From contig NC_068985.1 of NCBI RefSeq assembly GCF_001194135.2, positions 56,604,840 to 56,660,174 of the forward strand: a stretch of 55,335 nucleotides of DNA, read 5' to 3'. Made by a program: the position numbers and the translations under genes. This stretch comes from Octopus bimaculoides (lineage: Eukaryota). The notes beneath the pieces were generated by a model that searched no databases, was not told where the DNA came from, and saw nothing but the letters and a program-made list of their open reading frames with translations. Shown piece after piece: positions 25,874-37,868 of the stretch. Positions within the stretch are counted from its first letter, which is position 1. Each line of letters opens with the position of its first letter.

Positions 25874-26733
25874 GAGTTTTCAATATCTCTCTAGTGCGCC
25901 TGTATTTATGTGTGTACCCGTATATGTCTGTGTGTATGTATATACGTATGTATGCATATATATATACATCTATCTATATATATATATATAGTATATATCC
26001 GCGGCGTAAAGTTTAGTTTACACAGTGTTTGTTTCGGTTACTTGAAGTGTTGAATTCCTATGACAACTGTTTATATCGATTACAGGGAAAATGTCATAAA
26101 CTGGAATAAAACCATAGAAATAAATTGACTTCAGCCAAGATACAACGATAATATAGACCACGATTTTAAAAAATATTCTGAACAATAAAAACATAAGTCT
26201 CCAAAATCAATAGTCTCTCAGAAACTATATTATATTTGTAGCGCTATTTTCTTTAAACTCTCTTCGGAATGACTCACAAACTTTTACATCACTTATAACC
26301 TTTTTCTCCCCCGATTCTTTAGGTTTGTGTTTTAATATTCTTTCATTACACTTTTCATTCAAGAACGTGCGTCATTTTTTCTGTTTTTAACACATATATT
26401 GCATTTTGGCTTTTGTTATATTTGTGTTTTGTATCAGTTCTCATGGCTTATTACAAAGAATATTCAACTATAGTTCTACTTAACGAGGTTAGTAACTAAA
26501 CTGAAACTCTGCAAGTTCAATTACATGGCTTTTCCAATAAATCAATTTTCGATTAAATAATATCTGGACAGTTTGCCGATCAGGTACCAAATTTAAAGTT
26601 CATCTGTAAGTGACCAATGTTACAATAACATTTAGTTGATTGTTCGAACAAATTGATCCATTATGATTTAATCGAACCCCAACCTCTATACTTTTGAATT
26701 TTCTTTCTCCATGTATATATAGAATAACATTTA

Positions 26734-26890
26734 TACGATGGAGTGCTGAAAAGTTCCTGGCTTTGGGTAAAAACCATAGGAGGATCAGTTTATTATGATT
26801 TTATTCAACATATTCCCCCTCTCAGATTCACACACTTAGTACAGCGGTCTTTCAGTTTTTCTAAGCCCTGTACACGAACTCGAAAGTTTG
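26734..26890. mobile_element. mariner terminal fragment
   Basis: TA+CGATGGAGTGCTGAAAAGTTCC terminus; organised like the mariner end at 37131. Confidence 0.65.
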
Positions 26891-26899
26891 GCCCTCCAG

Positions 26900-27525
26900 C
26901 CAGACCTATCGCGATACATTTAAAGCCAAGAACGTTTCAGCACCCCTCATATAAATGGAATAACATTTATAGATATGCCACAACTATGAATTTTCTGCTG
27001 TTTTCTCATCCACCTACGTTCTTCTTTCCTGTCTACTCTTGCATACACTCCAGTCACACCTTCACATTTTATTTGCCTTCACTCTCACCTCGCTCTCGTT
27101 TCCACTCTCACCTCCTCACTTTCATGCACTCCTCACATGCACAATACGATTACACATAGACACACGTACACACTCACATACCGACATCTCACACTTATAC
27201 TAACTCACACCATTGTACTTCCCAAGCTGGACACCTCTATACACCTCTACGTCGCACAACAAACAGTACACACCACTTGACACATTTATGCGCATCTCAA
27301 TGACCGACCACTCCTCCCATCTTATCTCTTCCATATAAGTGCATTACTACCTGAATCCTAAGTCCTCACTAAACCACTTTCCCATCCCAAAAAGACTTTT
27401 CTTTCGAAGAAGAACTAATGTTCGAAACATTAAGCCACATTTTCCTTCCTTGTTTTAAGCGATTAACTAATACAATATTTGACATCGTGTTATTTCATTT
27501 CTTATTTGTTCATTGCATTTCTACA
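26900..27525 (+). mobile_element. Penelope-like 3'/terminal-repeat remnant with minimal hammerhead-like motif
   Basis: Pyrimidine- and CA-rich UTR-like tract; TCGAAGA-A-GAACtaatGTTC-GAAAC at 27404-27428; no clear ORF. Confidence 0.5.
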
Positions 27526-27626
27526 TAGGTATACATATTTGTATATATAAAGTGTATATATGTACACACATTTATATCTATATCTGTATATACGTATACA
27601 TGTGTGTCTTTGCGTACATACTTTTA

Positions 27627-27858
27627 TACGAAGGGGTACCGAAAAGTAACGGGAAACGTTTTCTGTGGGATAAACCCGTAGGACAAACCCTCTAGAAGCC
27701 ACTTGATGCGACCCTCAGGTATCAGTCTGCCGACCAGCGTCATTGCGTGAGATCGTATTGCCACGTGATGTGTCTGTTTTGCAGTTCTTCTCCTCTGTTC
27801 GTCGATTTTTGCGATGGCTGAAACGAAGGAACAGCGTGCTTCTGTGAAATTCTGTTTT
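27627..27858 (+). mobile_element. mariner 5' end with transposase start
   Basis: TA+CGAAGGGGTACCGAAAAGTAAC terminus; 27814-27858 = MAETKEQRASVKFCF. Confidence 0.8.
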
Positions 27859-27948
27859 ATTATTATTTTAACTTGAAAAGGTTTATCTTTTTTTTATTAA
27901 TTGGCATTTTTATGTTTCAGGATCTATATGTGAGTGTTTAATCCTGCC

Positions 27949-28929
27949 ATGTACAATAGGAGACCTGTAATTCTCGGAATTTCAAAGAGGCCGTATTGAC
28001 GGTCAATCAGAATGGACGAGGTCAGCGTAAAATCGCAGAAAACCTTGAAATCCCTCTTTCTACAGTTAATAGAGTGATTGTGAAATTCACCAGGGAGAGG
28101 GAGGAGTCAACTTCTCCTCGTTCAGGTCGACCAAGGCCCTCTGACTTTTTAAAAAGAAGTGTAGAGAATTGTCCTCGTTGCAAGGCCTCTGGCATATCAG
28201 AACAAGTTGATGTCAATCCAAGAACAGCTGTCAGACATCTTTAGAAACTTGGCTACTATGGCAGAGCAGCAAGAAGAAAGCCACTTCTTCGACCAGCCAA
28301 TATGAAGTGGAGAACATATTGGTCCAGCGAGATGGTGGAGAGACCACTCGCATTTTGTGTCACTGTCATATTCTATGATGAGTCCAGATTTGCTGTAGCT
28401 TCTGACAGTGGTCGAGTGTGAGTCTAGAGATTCTATGATCAAGAATTTGACGTGAAAAGATTGCAGCCCACAATTAAACACAGCGGTTATTCTGTGATGG
28501 TCTGAGAAGCAATTTGGAGCAATGGTCGATTAGAGATGGTGTAGTATGCGGGAAACATAAACTCAGATACATGTCTCCATATTGCCAAAAGGACTCCTTC
28601 TAATCTTCTCCAGTGGTGAAATGCTTAAAGAAGATTCTTAATTTAAGGAAGATGGGACTCCTTGTCACACAGCTAAAAAAAAACCCACGATTGGTTGGAA
28701 GAGAATGGCATTAAAAAGCTTCCATGGTCAAACTAGTCACCAGATATAGACGTTATTGAACACCTCAGGGCATAATGGACAAGACACTTCATAAAAAGCA
28801 TCCTCAAAGCCAGATCATTTGAGATTACTGCTTGAAACTTGGCAAGAGAATATTCGTCGTCTCATGAGTAGTATGCCTAATATGGTCCTTGCATGGGAAA
28901 ATGCAAACCGTATGTCTACTAAATATTAG
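27949..28929 (+). mobile_element. Tc1 (DD34E) transposase pseudogene
   Basis: HTH region GQRKIAENLEIPLSTVNRV, RSGRPR, RRKPLL; D1 in YDESRF (28377), D2 in EDGTPCH (28652), E in SPDIDVIEH (28758); spacing is D34E after removing 1 nt from a poly-A run; many stops. Confidence 0.92.
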
Positions 28930-28964
28930 ATATTCACATTATAATAATTAATGAATAATTTGAA

Positions 28965-29495
28965 TGCAGCTTCCCCTTGACCGTTTAGTCGAACAAATCA
29001 ACCTCTTATGTTTAAAATCTCATACTGCAAAAATATGGGAGCATAAACAAACCAAAACCAGTTGTCAAAGAGCCATAGGACAGACACACACACATACATG
29101 CACACATACGTACTTACATACACGCATACAAACTTACATGCATATATATATATATTTTCACTAATACACACACATACACACATATATCAGTATAATATAA
29201 GTATAAAATAAGACGAAGATTCAGGATAACAAGCTTTAATACTAGATCACAACATTTGTTGCTGCACCACACGGCAGCTTTAAGTTGCTGAGTTTGTATT
29301 TATTTTGTAAACATACGTACGCATATACATATGCAACAGGCTTCTACACAGCCTCTGTCTATTAAATTCACTCACAAGGCATTGGTCGTCACAGGCCTAT
29401 AGTTGAATGCACTTGACCAAAGTGTTGCAAAATGAGACTGAACCCAAAACCATGTGGCTTTAGTGCGAGCTTCTCAACCAAACAGTTATGCTTAT
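28965..29495 (-). mobile_element. SINE-B, degenerate, in two halves (28965-29095 and 29330-29495)
   Basis: tttagtcgaacaaatc...ggacagacacac and attcactcacaaggcattggtcg...gactgaacccaaaaccatgtgg. Confidence 0.65.
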
Positions 29496-31816
29496 ACGTC
29501 TTTATCGGCATATCGGTAGCTCTTTGTTTCAATTTGCATAAATGGTTGTGTAGCAAATATGCACAAAAATATAGCTAAATTTCATGGTATTAGATTGGGA
29601 CAGAAAATATTCCAGACCCCGCCAAACACACATGAATTATTCTAATTAGATTAAACAACAAATTAACTTCATAGCATGCGCTAAATACTCATACTAAATT
29701 ATCGTACTGATAGGTTGCAGTATTGACACAATATCATATTTATTGATAAACCCAACAGAACACTCCACGTTTTTCAGCAATTCATATTTACTTACTGCAT
29801 GAGAATTAGTACCGAATCTAAGTCAGTTTCCTGTGAGAATATGCAACCTAAACGTGCATATATTTACAGAGCGCCAGTGTGATGTTTCATGTAATTTGAA
29901 TTTCAGCTTGAAGAAACGTTATTGACATATACAGATACTATTAATTCCTCTGATGTTGTAATTGCCAGAATTGGATAGTGAATAAAAATTGATTAATGTT
30001 CCTGTCATGGAAAGATAAACTATGTTATATAATGTAAAGTTATTTTTGAGCTCCGTGTCCGTTGTTTGGAAACGGAGTATAGTATACATGCACAAACGTA
30101 TATATATATATATATATATAAGTGAGAGAGTTAGGGGTTAGGGGTACAACCCACTAAGGGATAGTATCTATCTAGTATACTGCTGGGAGGGTACCCAATT
30201 ATTGCTACACTAGTGCTATACTAGGTGCAATCAATGGGAGCGGGTAAAAGTGGAGGTTTTACCCAAAATTTGTGTAACAATTAGAAAATGGAGGATAATA
30301 TGCTGAACCCAACTACTTGCAGACGGTGTATCCCGTTACAATTCATTAATTTAATTCATAGCAAAAGTGACAAAAAAGGAAGAAAAGAAAAAGAAAGAAA
30401 GAACCAAAGCACAGGTGTCCATGGCAGACTATGTNNNNNNNNNNNNNNNNNNNNNNNNNNNNNNNNNNNNNNNNNNNNNNNNNNNNNNNNNNNNNNNNNN
30501 NNNNNNNNNNNNNNNNNNNNNNNNNNNNNNNNNNNNNNNNNNNNNNNNNNNNNNNNNNNNNNNNNNNNNNNNNNNNNNNNNNNNNNNNNNNNNNNNNNNN
30601 NNNNNNNNNNNNNNNNNNNNNNNNNNNNNNNNNNNNNNNNNNNNNNNNNNNNNNNNNNNNNNNNNNNNNNNNNNNNNNNNNNNNNNNNNNNNNNNNNNNN
30701 NNNNNNNNNNNNNNNNNNNNNNNNNNNNNNNNNNNNNNNNNNNNNNNNNNNNNNNNNNNNNNNNNNNNNNNNNNNNNNNNNNNNNNNNNNNNNNNNNNNN
30801 NNNNNNNNNNNNNNNNNNNNNNNNNNNNNNNNNNNNNNNNNNNNNNNNNNNNNNNNNNNNNNNNNNNNNNNNNNNNNNNNNNNNNNNNNNNNNNNNNNNN
30901 NNNNNNNNNNNNNNNNNNNNNNNNNNNNNNNNNNNNNNNNNNNNNNNNNNNNNNNNNNNNNNNNNNNNNNNNNNNNNNNNNNNNNNNNNNNNNNNNNNNN
31001 NNNNNNNNNNNNNNNNNNNNNNNNNNNNNNNNNNNNNNNNNNNNNNNNNNNNNNNNNNNNNNNNNNNNNNNNNNNNNNNNNNNNNNNNNNNNNNNNNNNN
31101 NNNNNNNNNNNNNNNNNNNNNNNNNNNNNNNNNNNNNNNNNNNNNNNNNNNNNNNNNNNNNNNNNNNNNNNNNNNNNNNNNNNNNNNNNNNNNNNNNNNN
31201 NNNNNNNNNNNNNNNNNNNNNNNNNNNNNNNNNNNNNNNNNNNNNNNNNNNNNNNNNNNNNNNNNNNNNNNNNNNNNNNNNNNNNNNNNNNNNNNNNNNN
31301 NNNNNNNNNNNNNNNNNNNNNNNNNNNNNNNNNNNNNNNNNNNNNNNNNNAAGGAAGTTTTGTTGGGTGTGTGTGTGTCATTTCTGTATATATTGAAAGG
31401 TTCTATGTAGAAGTTCATTTTATACAAGTTATTAATGTTCTAGTAGCAATAACAGTGAAGGTGACGATGATGGTGACAACAACAACAACAATAATATGCC
31501 AAACTTTCAAACTTAGCGGTGTAAGGTAACCTGTTGCCTCTTCCAACGGCTCTACCATTCTGCTGCTAATGGGGGAGGGTTGATTACTACCGTTAACTTC
31601 CTCCTTCCAATTGGGCAACTATTGTTTTAAACTGCCTACGCTTAGCTATAGCTGGATAGCCACTGGCCGGTCAAGATGCTAGCCTGCCTGCGCCCCCCCC
31701 ACACGCGTGCTATGTATGTATGTATGTATGTATGTATGTATGTATACCTATATACAGTTACACATATTCACAAACACCTCGGTACAGATATATATATATA
31801 TATATATATAGTAGAT

Positions 31817-32695
31817 GGTAAAATGCGAGCAAGAGAAATAATATTCTTAAGATTATAAACCTGGAAAAGTATAGGACAAGGTATTATACTTGGAAAAGTT
31901 CAGGACAACTTTTTACATCCGTTAAAGTATAGAAAAAGAAAATTTTTTCTGAAAATATTGCTAAGGATAAAATTTCAAAGAAAATATTTATATTTAGAAA
32001 ATATTAGTTTTTATTAAAACTAAAAATTTTATTACAAGTTATTACTTCTACTTCTTATTATTTGTTACTTGTATTAAAAATTTTTTTAAATAACTTTATT
32101 GAAATTTTTTCGCACTTTAAAAAAATTCATTTTTTTAATCATAAATCATTTAGTAATATTCAGAAATATGAAAATAGGTTATAAAAATAATAGTAGTACG
32201 TATTTAGCTAGTATAATAAATAGAATAATACAAAAATTAGTTATATATTACAGTAAAATCTACATATAACAACAAATTCACAGTAAAATTTGTTTGAGTT
32301 ATTGCCTAAGATATTGCCAAGTCTTCACATTTTTAGTCTTGAGCCAATGCATATTTTTTACATAATGAATTTGCCTGCCATAAGTAGTTGCATAAAACAT
32401 TAGCTATATTGGTACATCTGGCTCTCACTTTTTCAGTATTATAGTGTGTCAATATTTTAACAAAATGATGGTACCTTTTTGAATTATAATGTTACTTTGT
32501 AAATTAAAATCAAATAATTTTTGATATTCAAATTTTATCCCTAGCTGCAATATTCTAAGTAAAAATTTTCTTGTTCTGTACTTTACCAGATATAATAAGC
32601 TGTCCTGAACTGTTCCAAATGTAATAACTTGTCCTGTAATTCTCCAGGTTAAGAACATTATCTTAAGAATATTATTTCTCTTGCTCACATTTTCC
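31817..32695 (-). mobile_element. Long-TIR DNA transposon remnant, possibly ISL2EU/PIF-Harbinger-related
   Basis: ~95-bp imperfect inverted repeats (31817-31910 and 32598-32695); GG...CC ends flanked by AT on both sides; minus-strand remnant LQS/HYNSKRYHHFVK...KVRARCTNIANVLCNYLW. TIRs are certain, the family call is tentative. Confidence 0.65.
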
Positions 32696-33192
32696 ATGTA
32701 ATTCATGTTTTTTCTAGGATATGCTATTATGCTAATTATTAATGTGTCAAATGTGTCAATTAGCGGTGTCGTTGATAATTTTTTTTCCTTAGCTCAATGA
32801 GGCCTGTGACATATATTAAAAGACCCCTTAATTCATAAAAAATGTATATAACTATGTTATCACCCTCAAATTTGAGAAACAAACACTCATAACGTTTTTT
32901 CCTTTAACGCTTTTTTGCATGAGAATGATACTATAAAATTCCTCGAATTGAGCTCTGTCATTTAAGCTAAATTAAAATATAGTTCGTTTTTTTAAATAAA
33001 AAAGGTTAATTATACTTAAATACAATTTTTTGCCTTACTTATATTTTTTCATGATATTTTACCTCACAACTTTTGATATAAATTTTTGTTGCATGGGACC
33101 AAGACTATAACATTCTTCATGCTTTGTTCTATCATAGAAGCTAAGGTTAATATATTTTGCTTTTAGAATAAAAAAAAAGTTTTTTTTTTTTT

Positions 33193-33921
33193 ACTTTACA
33201 ATCTCTGTTGTATTCTTCTGAAACATGGACGTGTTTGGTAAAACATTTCAAATTGTTAGAACGATTCCACCAAAAATGCCTTCGCCGCAATTTAAACATT
33301 AAATGGGGCTCTTTTACTGCAGTCACAAATATCGTTGCGTCTGTAGGAATCACTTCAATTAAATCAATGATTCTGAAAAATCAAATGAGATGGTCTGGCC
33401 ATATTGTTCGAATGACAGATGAACGCACACCCAAAACAGTAGTTTTATGACGAGCTTGCAGAGGGGAAACGCAATCGGTGTAAACATTAAAAGAGGTTTA
33501 AGGACGTCATAAGGACTACCATGGAGTCACTTGGAATACACCCAAAGGCCATAGAAACCCTTGCTTGGGAACGAGCTGGTTGGCGAACAAGAGTGTGGCC
33601 TTTAGGCGGCCAGGATAACATGCAAAACTCAAGACAGATTTAATGAAGAATGTTGTGATCGAGAAAATGAATCTCAATGACCTATTTGTGTGCACAGTTT
33701 GTGACAGGCTATGCCTTTCTTATGCTAAGCTCAAATCGCATTTGAGGATCCATGAAAAACGAACTTCCACCAACTATTCTGCCTCTATAACTATGCACAC
33801 CTTTCAATGCCGTGTATGCCATAAGGTCTGTAATTCTAACGGAGGCCTCGAAAGACATTTAAGATATACACAAAGATCACATCTTAACTGCAGATTTTGG
33901 TGGTCCAAATCGGATATGTAA
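33193..33921 (+). mobile_element. RTE-clade LINE 3' part with two C2H2 zinc fingers
   Basis: LLYSSETWT...LERFHQKCLRR...MRWSGHIVRMTDERTPK, LYDELAEGKR, KRFKDVI; fingers FVCTVCDRLCLSYAKLKSHLRIH (33685-33753) and FQCRVCHKVCNSNGGLERHLR[IH] (33802-33872). Confidence 0.88.
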
Positions 33922-34236
33922 TGTTTGTGTGTGTCTTTTCAATACATTATCTGGTTTAAAAAGTCACATCAGACGCTATGATGAATTTAAGGTCTTGGTA
34001 CAAAAGGTGGTCAGACTCTGCATAAGGAGTAAACAACCACCATACACATAAATATACAGATATGTGTCTGTGTATCTACACATATGTACTAAAATATACA
34101 CACGCATATGAGTGGTTCTTCATCTTAGGGTGTCAGGGTACATACACTAACGTGTTTGGCTGTGAACCTAATATGCATAAAAAGATATATTAATTAATGT
34201 CTACATGCCATATAATATATATATATATAATAGAAA

Positions 34237-35302
34237 GACATAGAATTTAATTAAATTTGAACAGATGGACACATTAGTATAATAATACCTAAAGTCTCTA
34301 CTTTTTCTATATAAATCTTCTCTGTTGGTATTAATAAGCTAAATTATACTTTACCATAGCATTAGTAATTAAGCTATTTTATTTCTATGGTATTCTGCCC
34401 TAATTGATTATTTTATTTCATTTCTTTATAAATTAGTAACTAGCCTTTATTTATTCATAAATAAATTAAGCAAATCTTTGTATCGCTATTAATTCATACG
34501 TAGCATATATAAAACTATACTGATATATTTACCACATATATATAAAAGAAAACTCCTTAGAATATAATTTTATTAATATATAATTAGAATGTTCTTTTAT
34601 CTCAATACTCCTTTATTAATATCTGTATACACCTACTAATCAATATTCATAGATTCCATACGATGAGTTAGTTTTTAAGTGTACAGTATATATAAATATT
34701 AAAGTGTTTCTGAATAATTTTCTTTTCTTTTCCCCCCTCTATTGTGGTATAAGTTTGGTATATGCTCAAAAGTATTCATAAATATCTATTCTTTTGTTAA
34801 TATATTCTTATTAATAACCCTATAAATAGCCATTAACTTTATCTGTATACAATATAGCAACATTGTTTTAAAACTTTTAACTATAGTACTACATGATAAG
34901 ACTTCACCTGTTTCATTATCAATGGTCTGCTAGTGGGCGACCCCCCTTAGTTGTCAGCCAACATCTTGTTTTAAGTTTTCTTTTAACAAGCCTCATGAGT
35001 TTATAACTATACCAACTATGATTTCTGTCTGCTCTCTCACTCCTACCCCTAGCAGATAATGCCCTTTATTCTCTTAAGCTTTAGATATACAAGTTTTGAT
35101 ATTATAGTCTACAAATCTTAACTAAAAAAAACAAAACAAATAAAATCAGTGACAGGAAACGTCTTCTTTGACATTTTATTTATTAGTTTCCATAGTGTGG
35201 TTAAAGTAAGATGTTCTCTGTCTGTCTCCCTAACTTCTTACAGACTTTAGGTATAATTATACTAATGTGTCCATCTGTTCTAAATAAATTACATTCTGTG
35301 TC
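34237..35302. repeat. 61-bp inverted repeat pair enclosing ~945 bp of very AT-rich DNA
   Basis: 34237-34297 vs reverse complement of 35242-35302; core 34259-34297 vs 35242-35280 is 38/39 identical. Confidence 0.8.
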
Positions 35303-35464
35303 GTTGTGCAACTGAGGATTGCTCTGCATTTTTAAATTGATGTAATGATTACATTGTTCAATTAAATGGAGTTGCATGAACAGATCGTACAGCATTACCT
35401 CTGGGTGTCCTTGTTGCTTATTTTGATCTAAATCACCTTGCCTAAACTTAAGTACCATATTCAC
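35242..35464 (-). CDS. Candidate isolated 223-nt coding exon, product unknown
   Basis: Minus strand ttcag|GTGAAT...AAAGTCT|gtaag with one open frame (VNMVLKFRQGDLDQNKQQGHPEVMLYDLF...RTDGHISIIIPKV); weak polypyrimidine tract, no recognisable domain, no partner exon found. Confidence 0.15.
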
Positions 35465-35488
35465 CTGAATCTAAATTTTTGGTGAGCT

Positions 35489-35524
<36 letters not shown>

Positions 35525-35545
35525 CGTGTGTGTGTGTGCGTGTAC

Positions 35546-35609
<64 letters not shown>

Positions 35610-35619
35610 GTATGTATTT

Positions 35620-35797
35620 GTGTGTCTGTGTCCTCATCAACGTCGCTTGACAACCGATGTTGGGGTGTTGGTGTGTACCATAGCAGTTCGGCAAAAGAAT
35701 AAGTCCTGGGGTTGATTTGTTCTACAAAAGGCGGTGCTGTAGCATGACTGCAGTAAAATTAGAGAAGCAAGTAAAAGAAAAATGAAATAAAAGAAAG
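35620..35797 (+). mobile_element. SINE-B 3' half
   Basis: cgtcgcttgacaaccgatg...ggcggtgctgtagcatgactgcag. Confidence 0.8.
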
Positions 35798-35806
35798 AAG
35801 TCGATA

Positions 35807-36476
35807 TAGCTTGTAGGATGAGCTCCTGGACCTTAAGAAACTTCCGGTCCAGAGAACAAGGTGTCATCATTCCACTTTTCTCCTCCTTTGTACGGCCACA
35901 CCTCGAATACTGCTGCCCCTTGTGGCCTAACACAAAACAAAACATCTCGACATTTGAATCACCCCAGAGGGCATTCACTAAACGAATTAAGAGCATGACT
36001 AATCTATATTACAGGTACCACCTTAAAGCCTTGAAACTCTACATTTGCACGATGTGGGGAATATGAAGCCAGCATTGCCCAAACGACCTGAACATTAGCT
36101 CCAAGGTTCATCCAAGGCTAGGACCACGGGCCATACGTTCCCTGCCCAATTCAAGGTCACAACATATCGGTACACTGTGACACAATTTCTTTTCTTCAAC
36201 AGGGCCTGCCCTATTTAACATTGTCCCAAAACTGATTACAGAGGAAAAGGATCCCATCACCTTTAAACGGAATCTGGACGATTTATTTTTCAAGGAATAC
36301 CAGATAAGCCACCTATACTTGGATACAACTCTCTCAACAAGAAATCCCTACCTGAATGAACCATGATACCACAAATCTTGACTTAAAATTCTATCAGGTG
36401 GTGCTATTAAGTTAGACATGGCCTGGACCAATCTTTGGTCGATACATATCTAAGTTTATCTAATTTTAAGTTTATC

Positions 36477-36479
<3 letters not shown>
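35807..36479 (+). mobile_element. CR1-group LINE 3' end
   Basis: WTLRNFRSRE...FVRPHLEYCCPLWP...ESPQRAFTKRI; GPALFNIVPK...FKRNLD; tail repeat aagtttatcta x2. Confidence 0.85.
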
Positions 36480-36513
<34 letters not shown>

Positions 36514-36883
36514 TGCATGTGTGTATGTATTTATGAATGTATGTATGTGTTTGTGCGCGTTTGTATGTGTTTGTGTATGAATATACGTATGAACGAAAAT
36601 ATTGGCAGCAAATTCGTTTCTTTTTATGAATATTCAGATTTACAAACAAACAGCTTGACATGTATTCATGATGAAATAAGGAGTCACTCGTACTCTTGTA
36701 TATGTACATTTATGCATATATGTATGTTTGTGTCTCCGTCAGAATGTATGTGTTTGTGTGTGTGTGTGTGTGTGTTTGTGTGTGTGCAGTGTACATCTGT
36801 CTAGGTCGCCGCTGTCTTTGTATCTATGTCGTAAGCATGTATTTACATGTGTATCAATTTAGTCATATTTTATCTTCCAGTTT

Positions 36884-37070
36884 TTACTTTTTTAATTCAT
36901 TAGACCCCAACCGCAGTGGGGCATCGCCCAGAAAAACTTTAGTCGAACGAATCGACCCGAGTCCTTGTATTTTCTTTTAAACCTGGTATTTATTCTAATG
37001 GTGTTATTTGCCGAAAGGTGAAGCTACTGGAACGTAAACACACCAAAACCGGTCATCAAACGGTGATAGA

Positions 37071-37127
<57 letters not shown>
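36884..37127 (-). mobile_element. SINE-B 3' half ending in (CA)n
   Basis: ggggcatcgcc...tttagtcgaacgaatcgaccc...cgtaaacacacc. Confidence 0.75.
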
Positions 37128-37130
37128 ACA

Positions 37131-37868
37131 TACGAGGATCGGCTGAAAGTTCATAGGCTGACTGAGATACTCTCATGTATGTGAACAAATAGGATGTATT
37201 TTTCAACATAGTCCCTCTTACGGTACACTTCTGCCGTCAGTGTTGCAGTGCTTGGAACTCATATTGAAGAAGCTTTTATCCTGTTGGTCAAAAAAGTGAT
37301 CAACAGCAGATATAACTGCGATACTAGTTGGCAGCCAGGTAATTATTTATGTGGGAGAAGAGATGCTGGTCAGATAGATGGTCAGAGTAGGGAGTGTGAT
37401 CATAATCAACGGTTCAAGGCTACAGGCATGTACAACAGCCATTGAAACCAAGGACTTGTGTGCTACAGCATTGTCCTGATGAAACAAGAATCTTTTCATC
37501 AGTTTCCCTGGGCGTTAGATCTTGATAGCCTTTCATAACTTCCTCAGTAAGTTGGCATAATACTCTCCATTGATGGTATAGCCCTTTTCCAGATATTCAA
37601 TAAATGCAATACCCTTTGTATCACACGGAAAAATGAGGCCATCACTTTCCTTACCTTGATCTTCTTTGGAACAGTTGGGAAAGAGTGTTTCCACTGCATA
37701 GATTGTGTATTTGTCTCTGGCCCAAAGTGATGAACTCAGTACTTATCGTGGTTTAGGAAGCGTTCAAGGAAATTAGCTGGATCTGTTTGAAGCAATGGCA
37801 TATTTTTCCCGTGATGTGATCAGCTTGGTGTGCTATTAATCAGGTGTCAGCAAACGTGATACCCATCG
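37131..37868 (-). mobile_element. mariner (DD34D-type) transposase pseudogene, 3' two-thirds with terminal repeat
   Basis: Minus strand RWVSRLLTPD (WVPRLL motif), HDKY*VHHF (first D), FHQDNA (37470-37481), HTPYS-D-LSDQHLF (YSPDLAPSD motif); terminus tacgaggatcggctgaaagttc. Confidence 0.9.

Noticed and set aside
33643-33921. Host C2H2 zinc-finger gene
   Set aside because: Contiguous with RTE coding sequence, no TGEKP linker, and a frameshift in the second finger.
34300-34930. NUMT or alternative-genetic-code (TAA/TAG=Gln) contaminant
   Set aside because: No recognisable mitochondrial gene, and TGA, TAA and TAG all interrupt the frames.
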